From Daphnia carinata (Eukaryota), in NCBI RefSeq assembly GCF_022539665.2, contig NC_081333.1, positions 310,001 through 374,000 on the forward strand: a stretch of DNA of 64,000 nucleotides, in the 5' to 3' direction. This document shows, piece after piece, positions 51,166-64,000 of the stretch. A program made the translations under genes and the position numbers. A model generated the notes under the pieces. The model ran no database searches. It was given only the letters and a program-made list of their open reading frames with translations, and was not told the DNA's origin. Within the stretch, counting starts at the first letter, position 1, and each line of letters starts with the position of its first letter.

Positions 51166-51661
51166 AATAAAACAGAGCACAATGTTTGGGGCATTAGTGG
51201 TTGAGGACAATTGCGTGTCAGTCAATGGAAAGTTAAACTCATTGCGTGTTGCTACCACACTATGCGGGCGCGTGTTTATTTTTACGTTTCCTTTCTTCTT
51301 GATTTCCAAGCGGGTACAGTTTAAACGAATCCACACAAAACTTTTGTTCAAGACTGTTGTCATGCTTCCTCCTTCACACCTTGCACGCCATCGTCAGATG
51401 TGTTTTCCGAATGCAATTCTCTACAACTTGTTCCGTACTGCCGCCGTCTGCTCACCTCCTTCTGATGATTGATGCAAACGAACGTGATTAAACGGTGCCT
51501 TGTTGTTCAAAACTTCGGAGCATTTCGTCTAGACAGCTGTTGGGATACATCACATGGATTTATCCCTAATCGCAAGCAGTTCCCATTTATATAAAGGGCT
51601 ACGTAGAATTTTTCCTACGACTGGAATTATTATTTTTTGTTAAGTTGAAATAGTTTTAGGT

Positions 51662-53174
51662 CTACTCGACTGATTCGCTAACGTCTTTAGCCAATTCATC
51701 TTCGACAATTTGCTCCAGATTTTCAGTGGGTTCTTCTTCTTCCGGCTGTTTTTCCACTTCTTCTTCGGCGACCTCTTCCACGGCGGGAGTTTCATTCTCA
51801 GCAGTTTCTTCCTCTTCCCCTGATTCCTTTTCCAATTGCTTGATCAGCGCTTCCTTTTCATCAGGATCGGCTATCAGATGGAACTCTATAGGCTGATATT
51901 CCGATTCTTCCGCGTTAGCTTCGGCACTGCAAGGGGTGTCATCCGTATGTTCCGTTTTCTCTTCTAATTCTAGTCCTTCCACGTTTTCTGCCAGCTCGTC
52001 TTCCGTGCCTTCTTCATGAACAGTTCTTAATTAAGAAATGCAATAGTCAGTTTCTATCTATTCTTTCGTGAAAGAAAGTGAAATTGCTTTATACTTTGGT
52101 TCAACTTCAGCAATCAGTGATTTAATGGTGTGGTCAAACCACTCTGCCAGGCTTTCGTCTTCCACTGTCGAAGGGAACCACAGAATGAGACAATCTTTTT
52201 TGTTGAGACTTACAGCCGATCTGGCGACGATCGCCAATTTTTTTTCGGTCAATGCCTCGATCAATTTATCGAGGATCAATCGATAGGATCCTTTCAAAGT
52301 CAATCCGTCCAGTTCTAGCCAATTATCTGGCGCAGTAGTCAACTCAACGTCTTCTTCTTGTTAGATAATAGAAAATTAAACAAAATCTAAAGAGCTGTCG
52401 TAGTTTTAAATGCTTACGATTAGTTTCTTCTGTCTCGGGATTGCTGTTTGGCAAATCAAAACTATCCCATGACAACTGCATTGATAACAACACGTTAGAT
52501 TGCATCGGAGTGTTTACAATGCACTTTACTAACCGCAACCCTTTGACGAGTTCCTTCCAACACTTCCTTTTCCGTTTGCAGTTCAGCCAGTAAAGTTTTC
52601 CTGATGAGAGGGGCATTAGCACCTCTAATCAAAGCTACAGGTTCGCCGCCCTTTAAAAAAAAAATTAGCAACATAGAATAATTTGCATGTAATGGCATTC
52701 TGTGATCACTTACGGCCAGGAAAAGCCAAGTTGGTTCGCTCCTGCTCCTGAACTTGGAGAGCTGACCGATGCAATCCGCTTTAGCCTTGTTGTAAATAGT
52801 TAATTAAAATTTCAGCTGTGCGCAATGAACTATTAATGGTGATGAAGTTACCAGGGCGCAGTGGAGGAGATCATCACCTAATTGAAGTTTGATCTCTTTC
52901 AAATGGGAAGCCATCGCCGTGCAAGGGCCGCACCATTCCGAGTAGACGTCAACCACTATACTCCGGGGGTAGACAATATGTTAATTCCAAATGGGTATGG
53001 CTTTCTGCTGAGGTCAGCTAAATAATTTATATTTAAGAGTATATTACCAACAAGTCCTTGAAGCTTGGTGAGTTCTTCCCACTCTTCGTTGGTGGCTACT
53101 TCGATTTGCCAAGCCACATGATCCACTCGCTTCTTTCCGGCTGCCATTTTCCTTGCTAATAAGGCACCCGCCAT
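51662..53174 (-). CDS. NME8/NME9 (TXNDC3/6)-like thioredoxin-domain protein with acidic tail, copy 1
   Basis: QIEV...EEWEEL...GL/VVDVYSEWCGPC, FR.RSEPTWLF, IRGANAPL, EL..EK.VLEG; then a degenerate NDK-like segment and a Glu-rich tail. Confidence 0.85.
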
Positions 53175-54513
53175 GTTGATAGTAAATCACAATTTAATAT
53201 AAATACAAAGGAACAATTATAAATGCTTAGATTTAAACATTCGACTTCCAAACAACAACTTTGTGCTACATCAGCTGTGAGGCTCGCAAAAGTGTTGGTT
53301 GGCTCGGAAGTGTTAGAATGACTGAGCCTTCGTAGGTCATTTCACCTTTGGTTTTATATAGAGTGTAAAAGTGTTGTATAGGTATATAACTTTTAGCCGC
53401 TGGGAACAAGTGTGAGGTTACACGAAAATCAGCGCAGCCGCTATCCGCCGTTTCGTCACGAGAAAACTTGGTGCACACGAAATGCTAAAACTATTGTGCA
53501 TGTATGGCTGTATCGTACTTGCTCGTCTAAAAGTAATTAACTCTGCCATGTGTCTTATTACACTTGCATTGCTTTGGTTATGCATCACACAATAGCACGA
53601 ATTCGTATGGGTGGGACCCGTCATGTGTGACAGTCTTTTGCCATACTTTTACCTTATTTATGGTTGAGTAATGAGTTGGGTGTGAGAAGAAACGATCCGC
53701 CTGAATGAGAAACTTCAAATTTGTGATTAATTAAATAGCAAACAAGGGATTGCTTGTACCTTTTTCTTGGTGAATAGATTTTAGCAGTTTTTGTCGAGTC
53801 TTCGAAAAGAGTTTGGCTGGTCAAGTCGGTTCCAACTGTCGTAAGGAAAGAGAGATGTTGATTCGTTGCTGTGGGTAACGCCCGAACTTATGGCGACGAT
53901 CTAGTCTCTGCGACACTCGTACCAACCCCTTTTATTCTGCCTGTTCGCCGCTTCCCTTAAGTAATTGTCCATCGATCCATTACAGCAACGTCACTTTCAC
54001 AGATATGTTGTTTCATAATTTAAAATTGATGCAATCCTTTTATTCTTTATTTTCACTTTTGTTATTTATATTTCCTGTTATTGGATATTATTGAATTCCC
54101 TTTTTTAAACGTGCAATCTTACGCGCCATCTCGTATCCTAATATTGTAATCGATTTTGATTTTCCAGCAATGCTTTGCTCCAAGGGACAGTGAAAACGTT
54201 AGTGTACATAGTAGTGTGTTGACTAATTCGACGCTCATTTTATGTGTTCGACGTTATCGTGGCCATAAATTACCGATATTTGTCGAAACGAAGCTTAAAA
54301 GTTACCAGGGATAAAGGACAGAACTAGGAACCGACAATGGTTAGCATATCTAGCTGCTGTTCTAGGCAGTTGCCGACGTAAACAACTTTTTTGGAGCAAA
54401 AACACAACATTGCTTGGGGCATTTTTCAATACGTGTCACTTACAAAAAGTGTACACACGGGCTAGTTTTACGCCACATCAGCAGCATTCAAGACGAAAAA
54501 AGTGAAGCTCGCC

Positions 54514-55570
54514 ATGGAGGGAGTCCTTTGGAAATGGACAAATTATTGGACAGGTAAATACTTTTGCCGACTATTACCTTTTCTTTACGATGTCAACCCC
54601 CTGTACTTACATTGTTATGTGATGTTGCCATGGCGTCAACTATAATTCGGGGAATTTTTGAAGCCTTTGTGACTATTTGTCATGTGACTGTGATACTAAC
54701 ACTTACTAGCTGTTTCATGGACTTGGTGTAACCTCCACTAATTTATTGATTCAAATAGGCTGGCAACCACGCTGGTTTGTGCTGGACGGTGGGATCTTGG
54801 TTTACTACAAGTCTCAAGAGGAAGTGAATCAAGGATGCAAGGGTTCACTTAAAATTAGTGCTTGTGAAATATCAGGTGAGTGACAAGGGATTTTAAAGCA
54901 TTTATTGATAAAATAGATTATTCTTTTCTTAATTGCACAGTGAGTCAAACAGATCCGTTTCGACTTGACGTTACTGTTCCAGGAGAGCAGCATTTTTACC
55001 TGAGGGCTTCCACATCACAAGAAAGACAAGCATGGCTTGTGGCATTAGGTAGTGCCAAAGCTTGTGAGAGAATCACTAAAGATGCCACTATTGAACCAGG
55101 TTTTAAAAGAATCTGTAATTTTCATATATGTTTTCCTGAATGTTTTCCTTTTGCAGTGTGCATCCCAGTCTGTGAAGAAAAAAATAATTTAAAGTCAAAG
55201 CGAAGTGAATTGAGACTCTACTGTGATTTATTAATGCAGCAAGTTCATTCAGTAAAACATGCAGCTACACAAGCACCACCTGATATTGAGGTAAAATCTT
55301 TTCCAAAATTATCAAGATGTCATCCTAAATCAACCGTTTATTGTTGGGTGGTAGAAATTAGACGAATCCACACATTTGCTGACAGCCACTTGCGACACCT
55401 TCATTTCCACACTGGAAGAATGTTTGCGGCTTGCCAAGGCGGAGTTTACCTACCAATTGCCCCATACGCATCCTTCGGTCGACAAGCCAAACAATGGCTA
55501 CAGTTATGACCCACCCCATTCTCCCGCACCCATATCGCCATCCGGTAGGAAAACTTCACGTTCTAAGTAG
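54514..55570 (+). CDS. PLEKHA3: PH-domain protein of the FAPP1/PLEKHA3 type (no GLTP domain)
   Basis: [44 protein letters not shown]...[47 protein letters not shown]; stop at 55570. Confidence 0.9.
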
Positions 55571-56946
55571 AAGCTTTTTGGTGAAAAAGAGAAAACAAAC
55601 TTTAGATAGGAAAGAAATCTCTCGCAGCCTTGAATTCGTTTGCCAACTATTTTACCATTCCAAACGTTGAGAACAATGGCGAAAACAAAAACAAACACAA
55701 AAAACTTAAAAAAAAAAAAAGAGAAACTTTATAATAATAACTCTTCCTCTCTAGTCATCGAATATGGCATCTTTATTCGGCCAATTTACCCCTTTTTTTA
55801 CATAAAATTACATTTTAAAAATACTCTTAAAGGATAAATAGAACTTTGAACTTTGATTCTTCTTGTTGTATTCGATTTTTCATTTGAATACTATTTTTCT
55901 TAGCTCACTTTCTTGTTATTTTATTAACGCCAACTAAAGTTTGTACGGCAAAGTTACACTTAGGTGTTAAACAACAATGGATAGCAGCACACCTACCGAT
56001 TCGATCCTTTTCAACACGTGTATATCTTGTGTCGCTTTTTGTTTATTTTCTGCAAAAATCGGTTTAGATATTATTTTTGTTGTGCACGTATTTTTCGATA
56101 ACGGAAAACATCTTCCCAATGTTATCCTATCGATACTTGTTGTTACGTGACAATCGGACCAACGTTAAAGAATTTACAACAAATTCACACGCCTACTTAG
56201 AGATGTGCATTTATGTAGGAAATCTGGCGCATTTTTTGGGGATCGTGATTTTCAAAAAGATTCGTGCGCCATCGATTACACAGTTGTCAAATGTCGCATA
56301 CAAAGAGTAGAGAAAAAGTTTGATAATGATTCTTATAGCAAGCGAGTGTCGTACGATTTAGTGTATGCACGCGAGCGTGATCCATTTTCTCTTCAACAAA
56401 AAAACAAAACTCAATCGAAAGTTGACGATTTTTTTTGCCCGTCAAACCGTTCTGTAAAACCTTTCGTTGTTGTCCATGTTTTTATGTATTTTGGGAATCC
56501 TGGTCGTACATTATAAGAAATGCAATCAGCCGTCAACCGAAATATGGTAAACAAGCCGAGTGCGTGTGAGTGGGAATGCGACATGGCCTTTGACTCATGT
56601 CTTTCCCCCTTTGTCACAAGCCCACTTGAGAGAGGCAGAAAAAGAAACAATTTCGGATGGAACAACAGATTCTTGGTCCTTTACATATATTGCACATAGC
56701 GCATGTTGGAAGGACGGACTCGGTTATTGTAATTTTCTTTTTTGCCCTTCCTGTTAGAGATAGTTGTGTGCACCCTAAAAACTATAAAAACTTGAACGAA
56801 ATCAGGTACTGAAGTCCAGTCGCTGTCAGAGTGTGAGTGACACTCTTTAGCACCGTTTGACGTATGTACAGTATAAATATTTCTTTTGATTCATTTAATT
56901 GTGATTTATCAGCATGGCCGACATGAGTGTTTTTGTACCTAAGAAG

Positions 56947-58342
56947 ATGGCAGAATGGGAGAGGAAAGTGGATCATTTAATTTGGCAAATTGAAGTGGCC
57001 TCCGATGAAAAATGGGAAGAACTCGTCAAACTTCGAGGCCTCGTGGGTAATCTTATAAATTCTAATTGAAGTGTTAATATTTAAATTTTAATAACGAAAC
57101 TCATCCAACACGCAGTGGTGGATGTATATTCCGAGTGGTGCGGCCCGTGCACAGCCATGGCTAATTATTTAAAAGAGATTAAACTTTTATTAGGGGATGA
57201 TCTTCTTCACTGTGCCCTGGTAAGTTTGTAATTATTAGTACTTATTGCATACTGCTAATAAACTTTATTTTACCCGTTTATTTAGGCAAAATCAGATAAG
57301 ATCAGCCAACTTGCCAAATTCCGGGGCCGAAGCGAACCAACGTGGCTATTTTTGGCCGTAAGCTTCTAAATTAATATGCAGTCTTACACTCGTGGATATA
57401 ACGTTGACAAGACGGTAATTAAACGTCTTTTTAATTAGGGAGGAGAACCTGTTGTGTTAATAAGAGGTGCTAATGCCCCACTAATTCGGAAAACGTTATT
57501 GGAAGAACTACAAAGAGAAAAGGAGGTTCTAGAAGGAACCCGTCAAAGAGCTTCGGTAGGCACGTCATACGTTCTATTATACTGATGCACGTAATCCTTT
57601 AATTAACTGAAATTACTTAGTTATCTTGGGATAGTTTTGATTTGCCTGTTTTCAAGCCTGACACTGAGAAAAATAATAGTAAGTACAGCCAGCTATAAAT
57701 TAAAGGAACTTTAATATTTATGCATAATTTTTTTTTTAATGAAGAAATTGTATTGACCACTGCGCCGGACAATTGGTGGGAGCTAGATGGCCTAACTCTA
57801 CAAGGATCCTATCATCTGATTACCGATAAATTGTTTGCTGCACTAACCAAACGAAACCTGAAAATCGTAGCACAATCAGCCGTTCGTCTCAACCAAAAAG
57901 ATTGCCTTATTTTATGGTTTCCATCTTCAGTTGATTATTTCAGCCTGACCGAATGGTTTGACGCAACGATTGAAACACTTATCGCCGAAGTTGAACCCAA
58001 GTAATCACACAATCCTTTCATAAATTTTGTAGTATTTAAACGTTTGTGTTTCTTTATTGTCGATTTAGGATTGTGCTTGAAGAAGAAATTGTAGAAGAGC
58101 TTTCTGAAAAAACAGAAGGATTAGAATTGGCTGAGAAATCACTAGAGTCTGAGGTAAAACCTACCGATATCGAACTTAATAGTGAAGAACCTGAATATCA
58201 ACCTATAGAATTTCGCTTAATAACTGATCCCGATGAAAGAGACGCTTTGGTCAAACGTTTGGAAAAGGAATTGAAAGATAGCATAGATTCTGAAAGTCTC
58301 AGAGTGGAAGAAGATGATGGTCAAATTGTGGAAAATGTTTGA
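56947..58342 (+). CDS. NME8/NME9-like thioredoxin-domain protein, copy 2 (inverted paralog)
   Basis: Same exon structure and WCGPC motif as copy 1; TTAPDNW.ELDGLTL and EYQPIEF.LI.DPDE are shared. Confidence 0.85.
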
Positions 58343-60813
58343 ACTTAGCGAGTTATTGCTACTTTGAGTTAACTTTTAAGTAAATCCAGCTGTGGAGAAA
58401 ACAGTTTTACATATTAACTTTCCTTTACGATTTGAATTCGACTCGATCTCGATAGGCAATTTGTAAAAACCAAATTGTATTAAGAAAATTGCATTTCGGA
58501 AAGTCATCTGGCAATGATTTGCGAGTGTGAAGTCACACCAAAACCGTCCAAAATATGTTACCTGCCTGAAAATTTTGCGCTGGAGTGTAAGGTGGTGAGA
58601 AAACTTAGAATACACGTGTCGTAACCGCAACACGCTATGGCTAAGTTTTCGTACACTGCATGTTGCGACCTTCACTGCCCCATTAACTATTTCAATGTTG
58701 TTTGGTATTCATTTGGCATTGTTTTCCTTGCCCAAGTGGCATGTTAACAATTATCATAAACATGACGACCAAATTCAGCGTCGAACTAGTTTAATAGTTG
58801 GCAAACGGTGAAATGTTGAAACATCGTCTTTCCTTTAAAAAAATGTTTAAGATACAGAAAAAAAATTAAAGTAAACAAAAGTTCTCTGTGAAAATTTCAC
58901 CACATCGTAAAGGTAGAACGTGCTGACATCCAGGTAGACTGTACTCTTTGGTGATTGTAGAATATTATTTCATGAGGATGCTTGATGTTCCATCGTCATG
59001 TCACGAACGCATCAGAGAAAACTTTCCTTTACTGCATTCCGTAGCAGACTTTACTTTGCATTAGGAAGGTGGTCGATGGGGCTGAAGGTGCAGGGCAATG
59101 CTGGACTTGCACATGTGAAATGTAATCAACCCATCACGCAGAAGTAAACTGCACAAGTACGTGGCCACAATAGACGTCGTTACCTCGAACTTTCCGCCTT
59201 TTTGTTGTTCTTGCAATAAATGGATTTAACGTTTTCATTTTTTAGGACACGCTGAACTACTTAACAGAAAAATTCCAAATCCAGTGAAATACGTCGTAGT
59301 AAGCTGGGGTAAACTTGAAAGAACACGAGCAATGTAGAACGACGCCCCGTTTTAGCGAGCTCAGTGCAGATTTGCATTCTTGCTCCAATGTATAATGATC
59401 AGGTTCTATGTTATGGTATACACTATGATATACACTATGTTAGTGGTAAAACGGTCGTTACTGAAACCATACTTTCTAAATTTTTGAAGCCATATAAAGT
59501 GTATTTAGGCTACAACAGTTTACATTTGCAAAAATAAACATCTCACTTTTTCAATTTTCGTCAAATCCTAGATTTCATTAAAAATACATTATTCCGATTC
59601 GAAATTGATCGCTGATCTCGATAATGGGATATATTTTTATATTAGGCTTCTACTTTTTGAATTAACCATAAGAAACAGAAAGTCGTGCTTATTTAGTCGG
59701 GCTTAAATTTTTTTCGGTCAGTGTATCTAGAGAATTAACTAGAAATTTGACCGGTAGATGGCGATCCAGTAAAACAAAAAAAAACGGCCAATAATTTTTA
59801 TTTTTATTTTAGGTATTGCCATAGGCCATAGCCTATGGCAATCCGTTGTACCCAAAATAAAAAAAATATCGGCCTTTTTTTCTGTTTCACTATGGCATAT
59901 GGCAATCCGTTTTACATAAAAAAAAAAAAAAAATGGCGGAAAAAAAAAAAAAAAACGCACTTTTTTCTCTTTTTTCTACCCGTAGCCATCTATCAGTCGG
60001 TTTCGTTATTACAGGCATGTAAGCAATTTCAGTTAATTGTATCCCATTAGCAGTTAATTGAGTAGCGTGGCTGGAGAACAACGCGTGGCTGGAGGAACAA
60101 TTGAAAAATGGATAAGATAATAAAACAAAAAAATGGTAAGTATAAACATTATTATATTGGTTTTCAATTATTAATTATTGTTTATTAGATCAAATTATGA
60201 AGCTGCAGGCCCAGTTATTGGAACAACACAAAATATTAGATAACAAAGCTAAGGATCGTAGGCCTAACACGTAATGATTCTATTCATTTGCTTTTATTCA
60301 TTCGTGTTTTGTAGCTCAAATTTTGAGTCTTCAAGCTCAGCTAGGGGAAAAGAACAAATTGGAACGGAACAGTTTCCAAACAGTGAAGGAGGTTTTTCAA
60401 AACTCATCTGTAACTGAACGTGAGGATGAGTTGGCATTAGGCGAACACAGCCAGGTACCTAAAGTTTTTAAATAAGAATTCAAAATAAGTATAGAATTTT
60501 AAAAAACAATTATTTATTGCTTAGTTATTCAGTCCACCACATGACAGTGTGTTAAATTTAAATTCTGTTAGTGCTGCACTAAAAGAATCGTTAGTAATAA
60601 GCTCATGCAGTGAAGGAACTGAACAATTGTGGGAACGTATTTGGGCCGAAAATGGGTGTGGTACAGAAACCCAGAAATGGCACAAGTTCAACATGAAACA
60701 TGGATTAGGTACTTTTCGGTTTTTTGTCTATCGAAAAAGTATTTTTAATGCTATTATTTTGCATTCACAGATTTTAACGGGGGATCAAATCAAGTCTGGA
60801 AGTGTTACAGGAT

Positions 60814-63800
60814 GGAAGAGTGAGCCTACAGATGAAAAAACACTGAGAGTGCATTACCGTAAGGTGTGAGGTAAATTAATAGAGTAATGCAAATTGCCTA
60901 ATGAGAAGTACCATCTTGTGTTAATGAATCCAGTACAACAGCAATCCTTTATAGTTCTGTCACAGCTAGAAGCCTCAAATAATTCTGCTTCTCTGTCTAA
61001 AGAACAACTTGTCCTTTACGTTCAGAGTGTTGGGGAAACTGGGTACTTAAATGGCCCTAAAGATGTTTTAATTTTGCTGCTATTGCAGAGATGAACATCA
61101 TACATGGACTCTTTAGGTATGAAAGGATTTTTCTTCAAATAATTTTGAATTTATGACGAAGAATTTCTCCTCCTTTTTGCCAACCAGGTCTTATCTACCA
61201 AAAAAAATTTTATCCAATAGGAAAGGATTTTCATGTACTGGGAACACAACTATCAACAATGCAACATTCTACAGGTGCTAGTTTATCATTCAAGAGCCTT
61301 ATACAATGAAGTTAATCTGCAATTTGTATGTCCTTTCCCAAGCTTCCACCAGAAGTTGAATCTATGAGTCATGTAAGTTCCATGATCAACAATTGATGTG
61401 TTTAACGGTGTTGTTTTTCTTTTCTCAATATAGGTTAATAGTAACATTGGATCTGAAAAGATTCTTGGTTGGGGCAAGACACTGAATAAATTGTATTGAT
61501 TGGATGGATGACATGACATTGCTATACTTAATTCGGATTCCCCAGACGGTATTTGATATTAAAAAAATTGAAGTGCATATCTGGGCTCCCTTCTTTTCTG
61601 AAGCCCCGTTTCCCCTTGACTCATAATAAGCCCGTAGGGGGTCATGCCCCTACTGTACGGTATATATAAAAACAACATATACCGAGGTTTGGAGGGCTCT
61701 GGCCGGAAAGGGGACGTGGGGTGCCGCTTCGTCCGATGATGTGTTCACGGAGGGTGATGTGGCTGCCCACAAATCCGAACTAAAGGTTAATCGCTCCTGT
61801 AAAAATGTTCCAAATCTTCAGCTCTTCTTCCGGCTTCTCTTAGCCAATCACCGGGTAATCTCCCCGGTGGGTCAACAAGGCAGTGTCTCCCCCTGCCTGG
61901 GTTGACGGCAACTTTTGAAAGGGCTATTGTGCCTTTTTAAAGTTGCAAAAATAATTGTAATGTGCAGAGAATTGTCAATAAAATTTTTTTTATAAAATAT
62001 TATTTGCAAAATTCGTTTCTTTCATTGTCTGTGTTAGCTTTGTTCACACATTACATTAATCAATTTTTTTTTTGGCTTTGTTTTATTTGTTTTTGTCACA
62101 TTTGATGGTAAGGTGACGGGTATTGGTTTATCGTTTATCTGTAAGCATTCTATTATTATCCAGGGATCGAACCCTGGATGTTCGGCATACCTCGCCGATG
62201 CTCTACCAATGAGCCACGAATCATATGATTTTAAGTTGGCTTTTTTTTCTAGTCACTTGTGGACTTGCATTTATACTTAGAATAAAACTGAAATGCAATT
62301 CTGCAATATACTCTTGTACATTATTCTACTTCATTTTTACACATCTACTGAGGTTTGAACCCAGGGTAACAGGTATCGCAGATAAAAGCTCTACCACAGA
62401 GCTAAGAACCTTATGGAAGCTATAGAAAGATAAACATATAGTTGTGAAAAACTGCATAAACATCCAAGACGATAACATATGATATGCGATAATAAAAAAT
62501 TTAAATATATCTCGTGGCTCAATGTTAGAGCATCGGCGTTGCACGCTGAATGTCTGGGGATCGGTTCCCATACGAGTAAAACAAAATACAAAATTACTTC
62601 ATAAAATATCCAGATTGTTCCTTGAATCTAAGTTGAACAATTCAAAGAGTGTAATAAATAATACTTACAGACAAACGATAAACCAATGGAAACAATGCTT
62701 ACCATCAAAGGTGACAAAAACAATAAAGGTGAATTAAGCAAGCTAAATATAAAAAGTGTAACGTATGAACACAGCGAATACAGACAATGAAAGAAACGAA
62801 TTTTGCAAATAATATTTTATAAAAAAAATTTTATTGACAATTCTCTGCACATTACAATTATTTTTGCAACTTTAAAAAGGCACAATAGCCCTTTCAAAAG
62901 TTGCCGTCAACCCAGGCAGGGGGAGACACTGCCTTGTTGACCCACCGGGGAGATTACCCGGTGATTGGCTAAGAGAAGCCGGAAGAAGAGCTGAAGATTT
63001 GGAACATTTTTACAGGAGCGATTAACCTTTAGTTCGGATTTGTGGGCAGCCACATCACCCTCCGTGAACACACATCATCGGACGAAGCGGCACCCCACGT
63101 CCCCTTTCCGGCCAGAGCCCTCCAAACCTCGGTATATGTTGTTTTTATATATACCGTACAGTAGGGGCATGACCCCCTACGGGCTTATTATGAGTCAAGG
63201 GGAAACGGGGCTTCAGAAAAGAAGGGAGCCCAGATATGCACTTCAATTTTTTTAATATCAAATACCGTCTGGGGAATCCGAATTAAGTATAGCAATGTCA
63301 TGTCATCCATCCAATCAATACAATTTATTCAGTGTCTTGCCCCAACCAAGAATCTTTTCAGATCCAATGTTACTATTAACCTATATTGAGAAAAGAAAAA
63401 CAACACCGTTAAACACATCAATTGTTGATCATGGAACTTACATGACTCATAGATTCAACTTCTGGTGGAAGCTTGGGAAAGGACATACAAATTGCAGATT
63501 AACTTCATTGTATAAGGCTCTTGAATGATAAACTAGCACCTGTAGAATGTTGCATTGTTGATAGTTGTGTTCCCAGTACATGAAAATCCTTTCCTATTGG
63601 ATAAAATTTTTTTTGGTAGATAAGACCTGGTTGGCAAAAAGGAGGAGAAATTCTTCGTCATAAATTCAAAATTATTTGAAGAAAAATCCTTTCATACCTA
63701 AAGAGTCCATGTATGATGTTCATCTCTGCAATAGCAGCAAAATTAAAACATCTTTAGGGCCATTTAAGTACCCAGTTTCCCCAACACTCTGAACGTAAAG

Positions 63801-64000
63801 GACAAGTTGTTCTTTAGACAGAGAAGCAGAATTATTTGAGGCTTCTAGCTGTGACAGAACTATAAAGGATTGCTGTTGTACTGGATTCATTAACACAAGA
63901 TGGTACTTCTCATTAGGCAATTTGCATTACTCTATTAATTTACCTCACACCTTACGGTAATGCACTCTCAGTGTTTTTTCATCTGTAGGCTCACTCTTCC
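60814..64000. repeat. Large inverted repeat: arms 60814-62032 and 62780-64000 (runs off the window), ~750-bp spacer
   Basis: Identical ORFs on opposite strands (60894+/63720-, 61286-/63295+). The reverse complement matches wherever I spot-checked, except a 2-bp TG indel near 61741/63070. Confidence 0.95.
62160..62576. other. Three degenerate tRNA-like sequences (62160-62220 -, 62348-62408 -, 62511-62576 +); not canonical tRNA genes
   Basis: Each has a D-arm/A-box GCTC-N7-GAGC. B-box GGTTCGATCC and GGTTCAAACC occur in two of them, and two have 5-bp anticodon-like stems. Confidence 0.6.

Noticed and set aside
62160..62576. Functional tRNA genes (e.g. Ala-TGC, Thr-GGT)
   Set aside because: No proper 7-bp acceptor stems, and non-canonical anticodon or T loops. 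Kept only as tRNA-like.

Overview
Compact, intron-rich animal genomic DNA. The short (~55-80 bp) GT-AG introns and the gene set suggest a Daphnia-like branchiopod crustacean, which is my inference. Conserved housekeeping genes lie at both ends: EF1-alpha and an HRG1 heme transporter at 1-2.8 kb, then CD63-like tetraspanin, UBE2E, CDK10, MRPL42, SLC66A3/PQLC3, PLEKHA3/FAPP1 and two inverted NME8/9-like thioredoxin genes at 43-58 kb. Between them (~4-39 kb) is a rearranged accessory block of duplications, gene fragments and unusual genes. It holds an intronless ORF with two tandem HEPN-like repeats (two R-N-x-x-C-H motifs) and an apparently intact IRE1/RNase L-type pseudokinase-kinase gene carrying a WD40 propeller where the KEN RNase would be. 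It also holds a paralogous WD40 fragment with clustered radical substitutions, a divergent MIF4G+W2 eIF4G-like gene, a lone Fhit half and a bacterial-type DUF4874/DUF4832 gene with introns. Together these look like a candidate undescribed innate-immune / RNA-targeting cluster; this is inference, not demonstrated. The window ends in a near-perfect large palindrome (arms at least 1.2 kb) whose spacer holds three tRNA-like sequences. All calls come from reading the sequence and recalling family motifs. No database search was run.
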